A stretch of DNA of 64,000 nt from Octopus bimaculoides (lineage: Eukaryota), in the NCBI RefSeq assembly GCF_001194135.2, contig NC_068984.1, positions 14,854,890 through 14,918,889 of the forward strand. Direction: 5' to 3'. Below are positions 36,975 to 50,816 of the stretch, in pieces. The translations under genes and the position numbers were made by a program. Position 1 is the stretch's first letter; each line of letters begins with the position of its first letter. The notes under the pieces were generated by a model that worked only from the letters and a program-made list of their open reading frames with translations, ran no database searches and was not told the DNA's origin.

Positions 36975-38570
36975 CCCACTGGACCGGTAGAATGCAGTCG
37001 CTGATTTCCCTGCGTGTCGTACGAAGCAACTAAAAGGGGCGGGAGCGAGGGGACTGAGAATCCACTCCTTCTAGAAATTTCTGCTCCTGAAAAGACAACA
37101 GGAAAAAGAAAAGGGAGTGGGAGAGGGTTAGCACCTAATCTCACCCTAGTACTAGGGTCACGGAATGTGCGTGGGTGCAATACAAGTGAGGTAAAGAGAA
37201 GAGAGATATGGATTGCGATGATGAGGAGAAGGATGATGTGATTACACACTGAGCGAAACTATGATGAAAGGTAAGGAAGAGTACCAGTTTGATGATGGGA
37301 CAGGATGAGTGTCGGTAAGTGAGCGTGTGAAGAAGAGTGTCGGGAGTGGAGGGAAGTGTCTTCAAGTGGGTTAAGATGAAGTGGGGAGGATAGATGTGGG
37401 TGTTTTTAGTGCATATGTTCCAGGGAGTGATACTAGGAAGTGATCTGACACTCCTCCACCTTCACTCCTCATCACATGCACATCCACCAACCTTCCTACC
37501 ACTCTCTTACCAATTGATACATAATCCATCAAGGCCCTATCCACTACTGTTCCTCCCTCCACTCTCCACCATGTGAACTTATTTTTCTCCCATTTTTTAA
37601 AAAGACTATTCCCCACCACCAACTCCTGCTCCGTACACATTTCCAACAACCTCCTTCCACTCTATTTCCGACCAGGAACTCCATATTTACCTGCTACATT
37701 TTCTACTTCCTCATTTCCTACTCGTGCATTCAAATCACCCAACACCACCACATAACCACTTTTCCCCATCCTATCCACACACTCTGTCAGTTCCATCCAG
37801 AACTCCTCTCGGGGTAGGTTGAAGGTATGCTCAAAATGGAATGCTAGACGAGTGACAGGGAGAAGAGACGTCGTGAAGGTGAGTGAACTGGATAGGAAAG
37901 AGATGTGTTTTAGGGTGTGATTGTGTCGACAATGTTATATGGTGCAGAGACGTGGGAGATGAGAGAGGCGGAAAAGAGGCGACTAGATGTGTTTGAGATG
38001 AGATGTTTAGGGGCTATGGTTGGTGTGACACGGATGGACAGGATGAGGAAAGAGGAGGTGCGAAGACGAGCAGGAATGAATGAAAATCTAACAACCAAAA
38101 TAGATAGATGAATGCTGAGGCGGTTTAGCCACGTGGAGAGAATGGATGAGGAGGGAATGGTAAGAAGGGTGATGAAGGCTGAAGTGGCTGGCAGCAGAAC
38201 CAGAGGCAGGCCTCGGTTTGTGTGGATGGATGGAATGAGGAAAGCTTTGGTGGTTAGAGGCGTTGTACTGAGAGAGGCAAGAGAGTTTATAAATGATAGG
38301 AAAGCCTGGAAAGCTTTTGTGGACGGATGAGTGAATTGATGTTACTCAAAGGAGTACGGAACCAGCATGATACGGGGGAGGCAAACCAGTATATGCTGTC
38401 GAGCCCCGCTGCTGATATCAGTGGAGTTAAGACAGGGTTGCATTCTATGCCTTGGCCCGAACATCGGAAGGGCTCGCCTCTTTGAGCTGGGAAATGAATG
38501 GAATGCTTGGTGTGTGTCTTGTTGTGGCTACCCCCTTCTAAAAATATGGGGAATAGGCCTGGGTATATAT
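36975..38570 (+). mobile_element. Rearranged RTE-clade LINE: 5' UTR and APE N-terminus (+), inverted APE C-terminus (37431-37812, -), RT core absent, C-terminus and 3' UTR (+)
   Basis: Plus strand NVRGCNTSEVKRREI and AYVPGS; minus strand REEFWMEL...GDLNARVG...FTW...MDYV...SDHFLV; plus strand LYGAETW...EMRCL...HVERM...RGRPR..W. Confidence 0.9.
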
Positions 38571-38914
38571 ATTTAGAATGTTGGACAAAATATTTTGAAA
38601 TAGCTGTTCTGATTCTTTATTTAAATATTTTTCTGACTTACCACTGAGTTACATGTGTTAAATTTATCTGCAACTAACCAACAATTTGGTCTCTTGCAAA
38701 AATAAAAATATGCGACAGAGGTCAACTGAAAAGCATGAAAGTTCTATAAGAAGTAGATAGCGCTTGTTAAAGACATCATCTGGGATTGTTCGTCATCTTG
38801 ATGGCGTGAGGAAGGAGATTCTTTACCTTCTGAATGGTAAAGTATGTCTGGTGGATTTATCTCTAACTAATCGATAACATGGTGTCTTGAAAAAATACCT
38901 AACGGAAGATAACT

Positions 38915-39295
38915 ACTCTTTTACTTGTTTCAGTCATTTGACTGCGGCCATGCTAGAGTACCACCTTTAGTCGAGCAAATCGACTCCAGGACTTATTCTT
39001 TGTAAGCCTAGTACCTATTCTATCGGTCCCTTTTGCCGAACCGCTAAGTTACAGGGACGTAAACACGCCAGCATCGGTTGTCAAGCGATGTTGGGGACAA
39101 ACACAGACACATACACATATATACATATATACGACGGGCTTTTTTCAGTTTCCGTCTACCAAATCCACTCACAAAGCTTTGGTAGGCCCGAGGCTATAGT
39201 AGAAGACACTTGCCCAAGGTGCCACGCAGTGGGACTGAACCAGGAACCATGTGGCTGGTAAGCAAGCTACTTACCACACAGCCACTCCTGCACCT
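38915..39295 (-). mobile_element. SINE family B, full length (tRNA head, internal TA/TG tract, 3' half)
   Basis: Reverse complement: AGGTGCAGGAGTGGCTGTGTGGTAAG (A box), GGTTCAGTCCC (B box), GCACCTTGGGCAAGTGTCTT, ending GACTGAAACAAGTAAAAGAGT. Confidence 0.9.
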
Positions 39296-39944
39296 ATGGA
39301 AACCATCTTTATATTGTCCTACGAAGATTTTCTACGAGTAAAACATAGTTCTGGTCAAGGACGTTATCAGAGGTCGTTCGTCAATTTGATGATACAAGGA
39401 AGGAAAATTAGGACTGAAAATAATGCCTAAGATGAATTTGCTATGATTCAAATTAAACCTGCTTCAATGTTCTTCAGATAATTACTTCTGTGTCATTATA
39501 ATTATTTATTCTTAGTTGTAACTCTTCAGTTTTATTGTTTAACCTCTTTCGTTTTCGTGAAGCTTCAAAATCGTCATTTCGTTCTTTTTTTTTTTTTTAG
39601 TTTGTTTGTTTGTTTGAGTGATGTTTCTAGACGTCAGTGCGGATTGATGTTTAACCTGCTTTGTTTCAGTCACGTTCATAATGATCATTCACTATTGCAT
39701 GATGCAGAAGATATTTTTAAGTGCCATGTGCCAACCAGACTTCTCCAAAGCTCATGACATTCGAAGTGTCTTTTGCTTTTTTTTGTTTTACTCGGTCATT
39801 GAAAATGTTCCAGTTTCTTTCATGACACAAATGTGATATTCTCTTAGTCTTTTCCTTTCCTTTCGATTCTTTCTCACTTTGTTTTTCTGCCTATTAAACC
39901 TCCTGTGTATTTATCCCCTTCTCACTTTCTCCTTTTCTTTCTCC

Positions 39945-39945
39945 A

Positions 39946-39986
<41 letters not shown>

Positions 39987-40238
39987 TCTATTTATCTGTC
40001 TATCTCTCTATCTATCTACCTGTCTGTCTGCCTATCTGTCTATCTCTCTATCTGCATATCTCTCTATCTTTCTCTCTCTCTCTCTCTTTATCTCTCTCTC
40101 TCTCTCTCTCTATCTATCTCTCTCTCTCTCTCTCTCTCTCTTATCTATCTATCTATCTATCTGTCTGCTGTCTGTCTATCTGTCTATCTCTCTATCTCTC
40201 TATCTATCTGCATATTTCTCTATTTTCTCTTTTATCTA

Positions 40239-40282
<44 letters not shown>

Positions 40283-40330
40283 TATCTATCAATCTGTCTG
40301 TCTATCTGTCTGTCTTTCACTCTATCTACC
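39945..40330. repeat. (TC)n/(TATC)n compound microsatellite
   Basis: Direct reading. Confidence 0.95.
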
Positions 40331-40791
40331 TCCTCTCCCACGTTTAAACACAGCAAATTCATTTTCTCTTCAGCTTAAGTATCTTTCACTTTACCATTCC
40401 ATCGAATTCCTCCTGCTTATAAACATTGCAAAAATGCAAGCAATTTTTCTTAAAGTCAAAACCGTAAATAAGCAGCCTTAAATTTGAACAAGACCCTTTT
40501 GCATTCTGCCTTAATGAAAATTGTATACACTGAGTAGGCTAAATTAAATGTTTACATTGTAGCTGAATTTACGCTACCAAAACAGATTGTAACTGTTGGT
40601 TTAGCGGACAGTCAGATAACGTGTTCGCTGATTGGGCTTCTTTGAACCGTCCTTTCTTAATTGCCAGAGTCGAAGCTTTCTTTTATAATCCGCTTTAGGA
40701 TAATGATAAAAATGGCCAATTTACATTTCTTTATGTTTGTGCGTGTTTGTTTGGGCTTTGCGTATGTGCGGACGGGCGTGTGTGTTAAGGG

Positions 40792-40825
<34 letters not shown>

Positions 40826-41173
40826 NNNNNNNNNNNNNNNNNNNNNNNNNNNNNNNNNNNNNNNNNNNNNNNNNNNNNNNNNNNNNNNNNNNNNNNNNNN
40901 NNNNNNNNNNNNNNNNNNNNNNNNNNNNNNNNNNNNNNNNNNNNNNNNNNNNNNNNNNNNNNNNNNNNNNNNNNNNNNNNNNNNNNNNNNNNNNNNNNNN
41001 NNNNNNNNNNNNNNNNNNNNNNNNNNNNNNNNNNNNNNNNNNNNNNNNNNNNNNNNNNNNNNNNNNNNNNNNNNNNNNNNNNNNNNNNNNNNNNNNNNNN
41101 NNNNNNNNNNNNNNNNNNNNNNNNNNNNNNNNNNNNNNNNNNNNNNNNNNNNNNNNNNNNNNNNNNNNNNNNN

Positions 41174-41320
41174 GAGGAGGAGATGACGGAGGAGGAGGAG
41201 ATGATGGAGGAGGAGGAGATGACGGAGGAGGAGGAGATGACGGGGGAGGAGGAGATGACGGAGGAGGAGATGACGGAGGAGGAGATGACGGAGGAGGAGA
41301 TGACGGAGGAGGAGGAGGGG
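41174..41320. repeat. (GAG)n tract with recurring ATGACG interruptions
   Basis: Direct reading: GGAGGAGATGACG units. Confidence 0.9.
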
Positions 41321-41794
41321 GTGAATATTAGTAGGAAAAAAAGATTGAAGATAAAATAATAAATTAATAATAAAAATAAGCATAAAAAGATTGATCGAAA
41401 GAAGAGGAAGAGATAAAGGAGAGAAAAAAATGTATAAAAGATTATAGTTGGGACAGTAACAACAACAAAAGAAAGGAGGAAAAAACAAAGAAATAATTGT
41501 GGGGCAGGCACAGAACGTTAAACTACGAATACAAGAAGAAGAAGAAGAAGAAGAAAAAGCAACTAATGGGTGCAAAATAATTGAGAGCGATAAAATAGTA
41601 TGATCCGGGAAAGAAAAGAAAAAAGAAAAAAGAAGAGTGGGAAAAGAAATTCTGAAAGAGAGTTAAATAGAAATAATAACATTTTATCGCTTATAACATC
41701 GAAAAAAATAAAATCGTTATTAGTTTGCTCATTAAAAAATATTTTACTTGTCTACCGCAAGCGGCCTTCGGTTCAGAAGGAAAATAAATCTTTG

Positions 41795-41812
41795 TGTGTG
41801 TAAGTGTTGTGT

Positions 41813-41906
<94 letters not shown>

Positions 41907-42332
41907 TTGTGTGTGTGTTTGAGAGAGTGTGTGTGTATGTAAGCGCTGTATGTATGTAAGTGTTGCATGTATGTAATTTTTGTGTAAGTGTGTGTGTGTG
42001 TGTGTGCGTGTGTGTGTATGTGTGCACGTATGTGTATGTGCATGTGTGTGTGTGTGAGTGTGTGCGTGTGTATGTATGTGTGTGTGTAATTGTGTGTAAG
42101 TGTGCACGTGTGTGTGTGTGTGTATGTGCATGTGTGTTTGTGCGTGCGTGTGTGTGCGCGCATGTGTGTATAAATGTGCGCATGTGTAAATGTGTGTGTG
42201 TGCAAGTGTGCACCTGTGTGTGTGTGTGTATGTGTTGAAATCACAACTGTCCTCTCTTTCTCACTTTTTCTCTCTCTCTCTCTCAAGCTTATCGCTCACT
42301 TTCTCTCTTTACTCCCTCTCTCTCTCTCTTTA

Positions 42333-42370
<38 letters not shown>

Positions 42371-42515
42371 TACCGTTCCTCTTTCTCTCACACACTTTCT
42401 AAGTACCTGTCTCTCTCCCTATAACTCTTTCCCTCCCCACTCATTCCATTCAGTCTTTTCCTTTCTTTCTCTCTCTCTCTCTCTTTCTTTCTCTCTCTCT
42501 CTCTTTCTCTTTCTT

Positions 42516-42550
<35 letters not shown>

Positions 42551-42810
42551 TCCTTTACTCATAAGTTCGCTTTTTCTTTTCTTTCTTTGCTCTTTTCTGA
42601 TTTTTTTTTTTTTTGGTTCCTGTCCGCTTTTTTTTTCCTTCTTATGTGATATTGCTGTTAACAGTTTTGTTTTTCTGGTTATTTTCAGAGAGAGAAAAAA
42701 AAACAAGAAAAAAAAGAAAAAAAAACAGAAAAAAAAGAATTAAAGCAAATCAAGAGAAAAGAAAAAAAAAGAAAAAGGAGAAAGAAGAAAGAAAGAGATC
42801 GAAGGAGAGA
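41795..42810. repeat. (TG)n, (TC)n and poly-T/A low-complexity block
   Basis: Direct reading. Confidence 0.9.
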
Positions 42811-43025
42811 AATATTCTGCTGGATACCTTGAGCTTGTTTATTGCTACTCAGCACTATGTTAAATGCACAATGCAATTCTATTCAAATTGGCGTCTACAC
42901 AAAAAGACGAACATGAAACAAACGAAGCGAATACGAAACAAGATGTTGAGAGAAAAACAAAAAAACAAGAAAAAGAGAAGCTTAAGTAAATTGTTTGTAA
43001 GTAGAGAAAGAGAGACAGAGACAGA

Positions 43026-43086
<61 letters not shown>

Positions 43087-43336
43087 NNNNNNNNNNAAAA
43101 CCAGAAAATAGAAAACGAAACAACGAAAGTTTCTAGTATTTTCTTCTCGGTGAAAGCCATGTCAGATTAAGCGGGAGGATGTTATGTTTAGATGTGTTTG
43201 AAAATCTTTTACTTGAAGCTAAAACCAGCTTTCATATATTAAACGTTCAAATGTAAGTAACGCGTCAGTGAAGGATTAGCTATCACTGCTGTTGCAAGAC
43301 TTGCTATATAGCTAGAACCGTTGCTGTTCTTTATGA

Positions 43337-43370
<34 letters not shown>

Positions 43371-43981
43371 GGTGGTGGTGGCGTTAATGCTCTAATTGTT
43401 TTGCTTTTTTTCTTTTTAATTCTTTCGTTTCCTTCTTTTCACTTTTTTTGGATTAATTTAAAAGTATTGACAATGTACTTTAGTTCACATTGCAGCGATG
43501 GTTATTTCTCAGTCAAAATCTCTCTGTTGGCGATGTACTTTAATTGCTTTTTTGTTTTGTACTCTTTTGTTGTTTTTGTTCTTCTTCTTCTTCTTCTTCT
43601 TCTTCTCCTTTTTGCGAAAGGTGGATAGGTGGTGTGCGTTGGTCTGCAATGTGCCAACAAATCTACTTCTTTTATCAAAACAACCACCTGTCTATCATTA
43701 CAGGAACTCCTCAGTATTACAATATGCGAAGCAAAAAGGAAAATTTTAAAAACGTCTTCGGAATGCCCTCTATAGTTAAATTCCAAAGCACATAACTGCT
43801 TGCCTGTACACACACACACACACACGCTCGCGTGCGCAAAACAGAAGCAGTCTTAACCATAAAATAATGCGATTTCTTTTTTGTATAAAGTATTTGTCTT
43901 GTAAATGTAGAAGATATACTCGATTCAATGTACATTAATATCTTACTGATACACATACGTACGTACAGACATACCATACAT

Positions 43982-44052
<71 letters not shown>

Positions 44053-44340
44053 NNNNNNNNNNNNNNNNNNNNNNNNNNNNNNNNNNNNNNNNNNNNNNNN
44101 NNNNNNNNNNNNNNNNNNNNNNNNNNNNNNNNNNNNNNNNNNNNNNNNNNNNNNNNNNNNNNNNNNNNNNNNNNNNNNNNNNNNNNNNNNNNNNNNNNNN
44201 NNNNNNNNNNNNNNNNNNNNNNNNNNNNNNNNNNNNNNNNNNNNNNNNNNNNNNNNNNNNNNNNNNNNNNNNNNNNNNNNNNNNNNNNNNNNNNNNNNNN
44301 NNNNNNNNNNNNNNNNNNNNNNNNNNNNNACACACATAGC

Positions 44341-44535
44341 GGACAAACAAGGACAGACAAAGGGATTAAGTCGATTATATCGACCCCAGTGCGTAACTGG
44401 TACTTATTTTATCGACCCTGGAAGGATAAAAGGCTAAGTCGATCTTGGCGGAATTTGACCTGAGAACATAAAGACAGCCGAAATACCGCTAAGCATTTCG
44501 CCCGGCGTGCTAACGTTTCTGCCAGCTCGCCGCCT
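44341..44535 (-). mobile_element. SINE family A (alternative tail)
   Basis: Matches 22137-22330. Confidence 0.9.
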
Positions 44536-45019
44536 AAAAGTAAAAACGTGACGCTTCGAGCATGGCTCTTCGTCAGATAGTGGAAAAAAGTCCAGAGAAG
44601 AGGGAAAGGAGGAAGAAACGGATAGTGTGGAATAAAAGTACGAGGATCGCTACATGCTAAAAAGATACGAGTCTCATCTTGCCATGTGATAGATGCCACA
44701 CATTCACCGTGATCGTTTTGATTTACTTTCATCCTTGCACATGGTTGGATATGACTTTCCATCGCCATGACACGTTATATAATACAAAATGGACGAAGCA
44801 TTAGTGAGACATCATTTGATTTAAGTAACAAAAGCTTGTGCAACACTCTTGCCACCTCTCTCAGTTGTTGCAGTAGGTTCCATTGACAAGCTTTGCAAGA
44901 TGACGAATACTGTTTTGACTGGAAGTTTTATGTCAGCGTATTTTTTTCCTGGGAGAGCTGCCTTCCACAAGACTTTGTCAAAAATAACGAGAGCTTTCTC
45001 TAGCTCTAGAAAATCTATT

Positions 45020-45171
45020 TGGCTCATAGATGGAACCCTGACAGTTAGTACTGTTCCAGTTCAGAACGGATCTGGAAGTAATGTTAAGGGATGACTCCAT
45101 GCTCCTCACAACTCCAGAACTCCTGAACTGGAGCCTTACCACCGGATGGAGTTTAATGTCAAACCCACGAC
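45020..45171 (+). repeat. Dispersed repeat of unassigned family (partial inverted copy at 36895-36965)
   Basis: GGAACCCTGACAG.TAGTAC...GATCTGGAAGTAATG resembles the reverse complement of 36895-36965 (ACCCTTACAGGTGCTACC..GATCTGGGAACAATAG). Confidence 0.45.
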
Positions 45172-45240
<69 letters not shown>

Positions 45241-45505
45241 GTACTGATCAGAATGAATGAAATGTAAAATCATCTCTGATTGACACAAATCTCACATCCT
45301 ATATCTCTAACATATACCTGGAAGGTTATACTATATATTCGAAATTTCTAAATAGAGTGTCTTTAATTACGTTGTAATCTTTCTCTCCATCACTCATCTT
45401 TTTCACTTGCACGTCTCTAACAATGATTCTGTTCTTCTCCGCTCCAAGGCGCCTTACATAGCCTCACTAAATTTCCTTTCTGTTTTTACTGTTCGCCAAA
45501 TTCAT

Positions 45506-45561
<56 letters not shown>

Positions 45562-47559
45562 CAGCAGAGATAAAATATAGCTCGACTTGCCTCTCTGCAG
45601 TGGTTGATTTCGATGATTGAAATACTCACAATCCTTCTCTGCTCTCACACCTTTCTCCTGCCAGAACGCTTTGCCATCCTTATTTTCCTCTTCTCCAACG
45701 GGGACAGACGGGAGTATAGCTGCGTAGCAAAGAATTTCACTTCGCGACTGCGTAGTTTTTGGTTCAATACCACTGACCAGCACTTTAGTTGTCTCCTCCC
45801 ATAATTTGGGGTTTATCAAACGATTGGGGGTTAAAATTAGCTGTTGAAATTAGTGAAGAGGTTTGAAATGGACCATCTCTGCTACTCAGTGATAGATTTC
45901 ATCCATCACTCGGTTTAACACCTCGTGTGGCTTTAACAGAATCCACTCTGTTGCAATTAGGACTAGGTTTTTGGCCTAAGAATAACAGGCACAGTTACGA
46001 AGGCACAAGAACGGTCTGGTTGCGCTGCTCTTCCGCTTCTGTCCAAGCAATTAAAAAACTCGACAAACTGACTCATTAAAGAACCTTATCCTCTAAACAG
46101 ACTATTTTATCTTGCCATCGATTTCTCTGCGGCCATTATACCCTGTGATCACTACCGAACGAAGGTAATCTACCAACATCAGTCTAGTACAGAAGAATAT
46201 CTGTTCCCTGACTCTACTGGTACTTCAAATGGCATAACTGATCAAAACTATGTCAATTCTATACTGATTACTGCTGTCCGAAAATGTACTTCAACCCTAA
46301 CTGATCTGAGACAGAATGTGCTCAGTTGAAGCCATTTTCAATGTATCAATATATTAAAGCCTGTAACCAGCTACGATATATTAAAATCTGTAATCAGTTA
46401 ATGATTGAACAGGGATGGATCATAAAAAACTCAAAATTAGCTTCAATACATCAAAGTATCAAGGTCAGTACCAAAGTAACGAAGTGTAACTAATTGGGAA
46501 CTAAGCATCGAAGTATAGCAATACCGATATTTCTCTCCGTATTTTTCACATAATGCTCACAATCCATCTTATGTGGTTTACACGTTGCTGAGCTGCTGTT
46601 GTACATAATACCTACAACAGTTCAAGGGAGCTCCTCACCTTTACCAATAGGGAGGTATTCCCCCATCACTGAAATACCTTCAAGGTTCTAAACAGGAAAG
46701 CAATGGATGCCTTCGTGAATCGTGCAACCTGTCAGGTCTCTCTCACCTCCTAAATTGCTGTTAAAACGTCCATTGTTTACGATCGTTTCTGTTGCCAATA
46801 TATCTTTTCAATGCAAGGTTCAATAAACCAATAATTTGATGCTGATTCTATTCTCTGGACATAGCAGGCTATTTGTCGCCTACACAGAAGCAGCGCAGCC
46901 GCTTCAAAACCATTTGGAGTAATTGATTTTCCGGAATTTCCGTAGAGAATATAGTTAGGTAGAGTTACGATATCATTTTAATATCATATAGTTAGTTCCA
47001 GAACAATTGACATAGAATTAACGCAAATCCGATCTATTAATTGGCTTAAGCAATACAGAGTACTACAGTTGTGTGATATACATTAAATTGTAGTATCAAT
47101 ATTCGAGTATGTACTAGCTTTGAAAGTAGAGAACTCAGATAATCATATTGTAATTCAAAATTAAGATAAGATATTAGTTGATGTACGATGATCCAGTTCT
47201 AGAAAGCTTCACTATTTACACCACCTTGGTCTATTGGTATAAAATGGAAAGAAAAACAAGTTAGGGTTAAGATTTTGATGAGACTCATAATTTTAAAACG
47301 CTGAAGGGTTAAACTTTAATGCAAAATGAAAGAAGATAGAATAACCGCTGATGATTGAGGGAGTTTCGGAATTGTAAATGGCTTTCAAGGGATCTTCGAG
47401 AAATTAGTAAACAAAGATTTCTTATATCTAATAAAATAGACAAACGGCAAGGAAAATAGATTCTAAGTAGATAAGATACATACTTTGTTCACTGGAAATC
47501 AGCTGTTTTCTGTTTGGTTTTTCTTGTGATTGTACCCATGTCCATCGCAAGCCTCCGAT

Positions 47560-48300
47560 ATTGTTGAGATTGATACCGTTAACGTTCCACTTGAACTGTT
47601 GAAAATTGCAGGCTGCATGTTCGAGGAGTGAATTCCGAAAAAAACAACGTTCCGGCATGGGAATAGTCAATATAGGAATAAGTGCGGGTCCTGGCGTGTC
47701 ATAATATGGGTGGCGAAGAAGAGATGAGTCAGTTGGGTGTATTTGGGGCGTATGGAGTAAGAGACCATCCAGATCCGTGGAGTAGAAACCACTGCAGTAA
47801 CGGCAGAAAGAGTAGAGAGAGGAAACAGTACGTCTGAAGGTCAGAGACTGTGGTGTCGTGTCGGTAAGTAAATGACTTTATGTTAGTCAATCAGCTGCCT
47901 TTCTTTCAATGTCTGTGTGTAGCAGTAGCACTGTTCCATTATGGATCTCACCAAACCTTTGTAGAGGGTTAGTAGTTGCTGGAGGGTAAAGTATTTTCTG
48001 GCTTTGAAAAGGAGGAACAGTCTCTGGGATACTGTCATTAATATGCTGATGACAGACCAGTCTTTTAAAATACAAGGTAGTCGTAGAATATCAAAGTATC
48101 CAGGGAGAGAGAAGATGAAAGATTGGTACCTCGAGGAGGTGCAACATTGTAAATTGATAAAATTTGTTAGCGATGAGTTCATTTTCACATTCATTATCAT
48201 AGATAATAAAATAATCTCCAATTGATTTGTTTTCATTCTTTTCACGTCTTTCGTTGGTGAGTTTCGTATCATAGATGAAACCAAGACTAACGGGTTGATT
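47560..48300 (-). mobile_element. CR1/Jockey-group LINE RT C-terminal region, decayed
   Basis: SQRLFLLFKARKYFTLQQLLTLYKGLVRSIME, RRTVSSLYSFCRY..G, RHPY and FKWNVN occur in the expected order. Confidence 0.75.
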
Positions 48301-50816
48301 TTTGGCAGAAGTGATCAGACAAAAGTTACAGCCTTTCGTAGTCTTGTACTCGCTTGGAAACAACGCTAGCCATGAATTGTGGGAACTGTCCAACTGATGA
48401 AGTAATTTCTTGAAGTGTTTTATTCACATATTTGGGTTGATCGACCTCTTAGAAATAGCAATCAAATCTCCGTCGACACATTAGATAATATAGTCCTTCA
48501 TGTTACTCCTTTCATCTTACAATTAAAGATTTTTATGTTTAAATCCATCTGTCTCTTCCAAGTTCATATTCCTAATGAGTTTTCGTGTACATGTGTATGT
48601 ATGTGTGTTCGCTTGTGTGTATGTGTGTGTGTGCGTTTGTGTGTGCATGCGTGCGTTTGTGTATGTTTCATTCCATACCAATATATCAAGCTGGTACAGA
48701 AGTTAAAACTCATCATTTACCTTATTCCAATCCTCAAATCCCGCTTTAACTATTATGCCCAATCCTTCTCTCTACAGAACATCATCCTCCGGGAGTTCTC
48801 TCCCAACACATATTTTCCCTGCAATCGTAGACATCCAGCTATTTAAGAAGAACAATAACGATACCAATCTCGCCAGTTACAAAGGGCAAGTGACGGCATA
48901 CGAAGTAGTCATAGCTAGAATGCTAAAGAACAACTACAACAATACAACGCATTTACTATGAGGCTGTTAAGAAAAGCGTTTTGGCTTTCTTTCTTCAGAA
49001 TACTTGCGAGAAGAACTATTAATTTGTATTGTCGTAATAGTGAGTACTTCCAATGAGATATTCTGTTGTCTGAATTATCTGTTGCTAAGGAGTAGCACTT
49101 TGGTTGTCTTTTCATAGGTGTCTGGACCAAGTATCTACAAGAGGGACGACTCCTTTGGACGTGTATTATTGTATCTGAAAAGTATTGTATTAATATGGCA
49201 CTAAGTATCTCCGATGCTGTGCACTCTTACAAAGAGATATTATATTGTCTGAATTATCTGTGAGCTTCATCTTAACGTCAGTTTCAATAAATAAATTTTA
49301 GATGCATTTTACTTCATGAATGAAATTCATAAGCAAATAATAAATTTAATCACCCAATCCAGGTTTGAAATATTCTCTCTCTGCCGTGCTATAATATAAT
49401 TCTTCGCCTTTGAATATTCTATAAATTACTCATAATGTACAGGATAAATTTCGGAAATAGAAAGGAAGCAATTGCTATTCACTCATTCTTTGTATTTCTG
49501 TAAATATCCACCGTTTATTTTAAATTTCCAACATGAATTTATTTTAAAAGTCTCGTTAATACTTCATGCAATGGGTATTATTAGAGCCGTTATTGTATTT
49601 TCTCTGTAAATCTCCCGTTAATGACGCAACTTCAATTATATTGCAACCATTCTATCAAATTCTTATGTTCGATTTAATTATTTCTTTCAACAGAAAAACC
49701 AAACTAACTAGAATCCAACTATTTTGTACTTGCATTTTCTGTTTGTTTTTCTTACTGTTGTTATTTTTATTACCTCTAGTTTAATGTATTCTATGAAGGC
49801 ATACATGTGCGTCTGTACACACGCATTCCAGATATTATGCTAATATTTAAATATGTTGTTTTTTTTCCCCCATTCTTCCAGAGATCAGCGATTAAAGAAT
49901 ATGACAGCTGTGTTTCTATTATAGAAGCTGTTGACATTAAAAATTGACAAAGCCTAAAAGCTGCTCTCCTATTTAAAATTAGTTTTGATTTGTATTTTTG
50001 CGTTTTGATTCTTGTTGTTTTTTTCTCATCATTTCTGGTCTTTAAATTTCCTATTCCTTTCCTTGTCTTAAATTGTTTTTTCTTCTGTTTTTGTTGTTGT
50101 TTTTCTGTTTGTTTGTCTTTTTTTTCTTCTTTAATATTGTTCCATGTTTCGCAAGATTTTGTCCAATAAGAGAATTGCGGAAATAATAAAAATACTTAAA
50201 ACAGTTAACAATATATTTTTAAATTCTTTTTTTTTATACATTGTTTTATTTGTTTGTTTGTTTTCTTTTCCAAAACATTAACTTCACTGTATTATTGTTA
50301 TCAGTAAGTCAAAGAAAATGCTTATTTATTTGTTTGAATTAGTTTTATTTTTCGTTTTCGTTGAATAGGAAAATTCCGTTACCCAACTAATTACTTGGTG
50401 GATCAAGTGAAAGAAACCATTTTAAGTGGCAGACAAGAAGCAAAGACAGAAGAACTCACACCTTGACAATGGTTAAGTCTAATAGTAATTGCAGCTATTG
50501 ATAGAGAAAGAAGCTTTGTTCAGCAACTTTATTCCATACAGTTTTAAAGGTTTCCGCCCAGTTTTATATGGTTTGTTTATGTTTAAAACGCTTGAGGATA
50601 GTCTAAACATATTTCTAAATAAAACATCGAATGTGTTTCTGGTTTTTTGAATAAAGCTCAGTTGAAAGTTATTGGGTCACTGAAAAGGTTCAATCATAAC
50701 TTGTAACTAAAATTTTTTTATCGTCCATTTTTATTTTGTATACAGCTCTAACTGGTTGCTGACATAAATGTCACGTTAAGAAGTAGGACCATATGGACCC
50801 TAATTTAAAAAATGGT

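Noticed and set aside
43250-43260. GTAAGT splice-donor-like site after a purine-rich tract
   Set aside because: No matching acceptor, ORF or transcript evidence in the sequence.
45780-46950. Possible L1/Tx1-like LINE remnant (IVNNG...GC, LLSCLEP on the minus strand)
   Set aside because: Motifs are too degraded and inconsistent between strands to support a call by eye.
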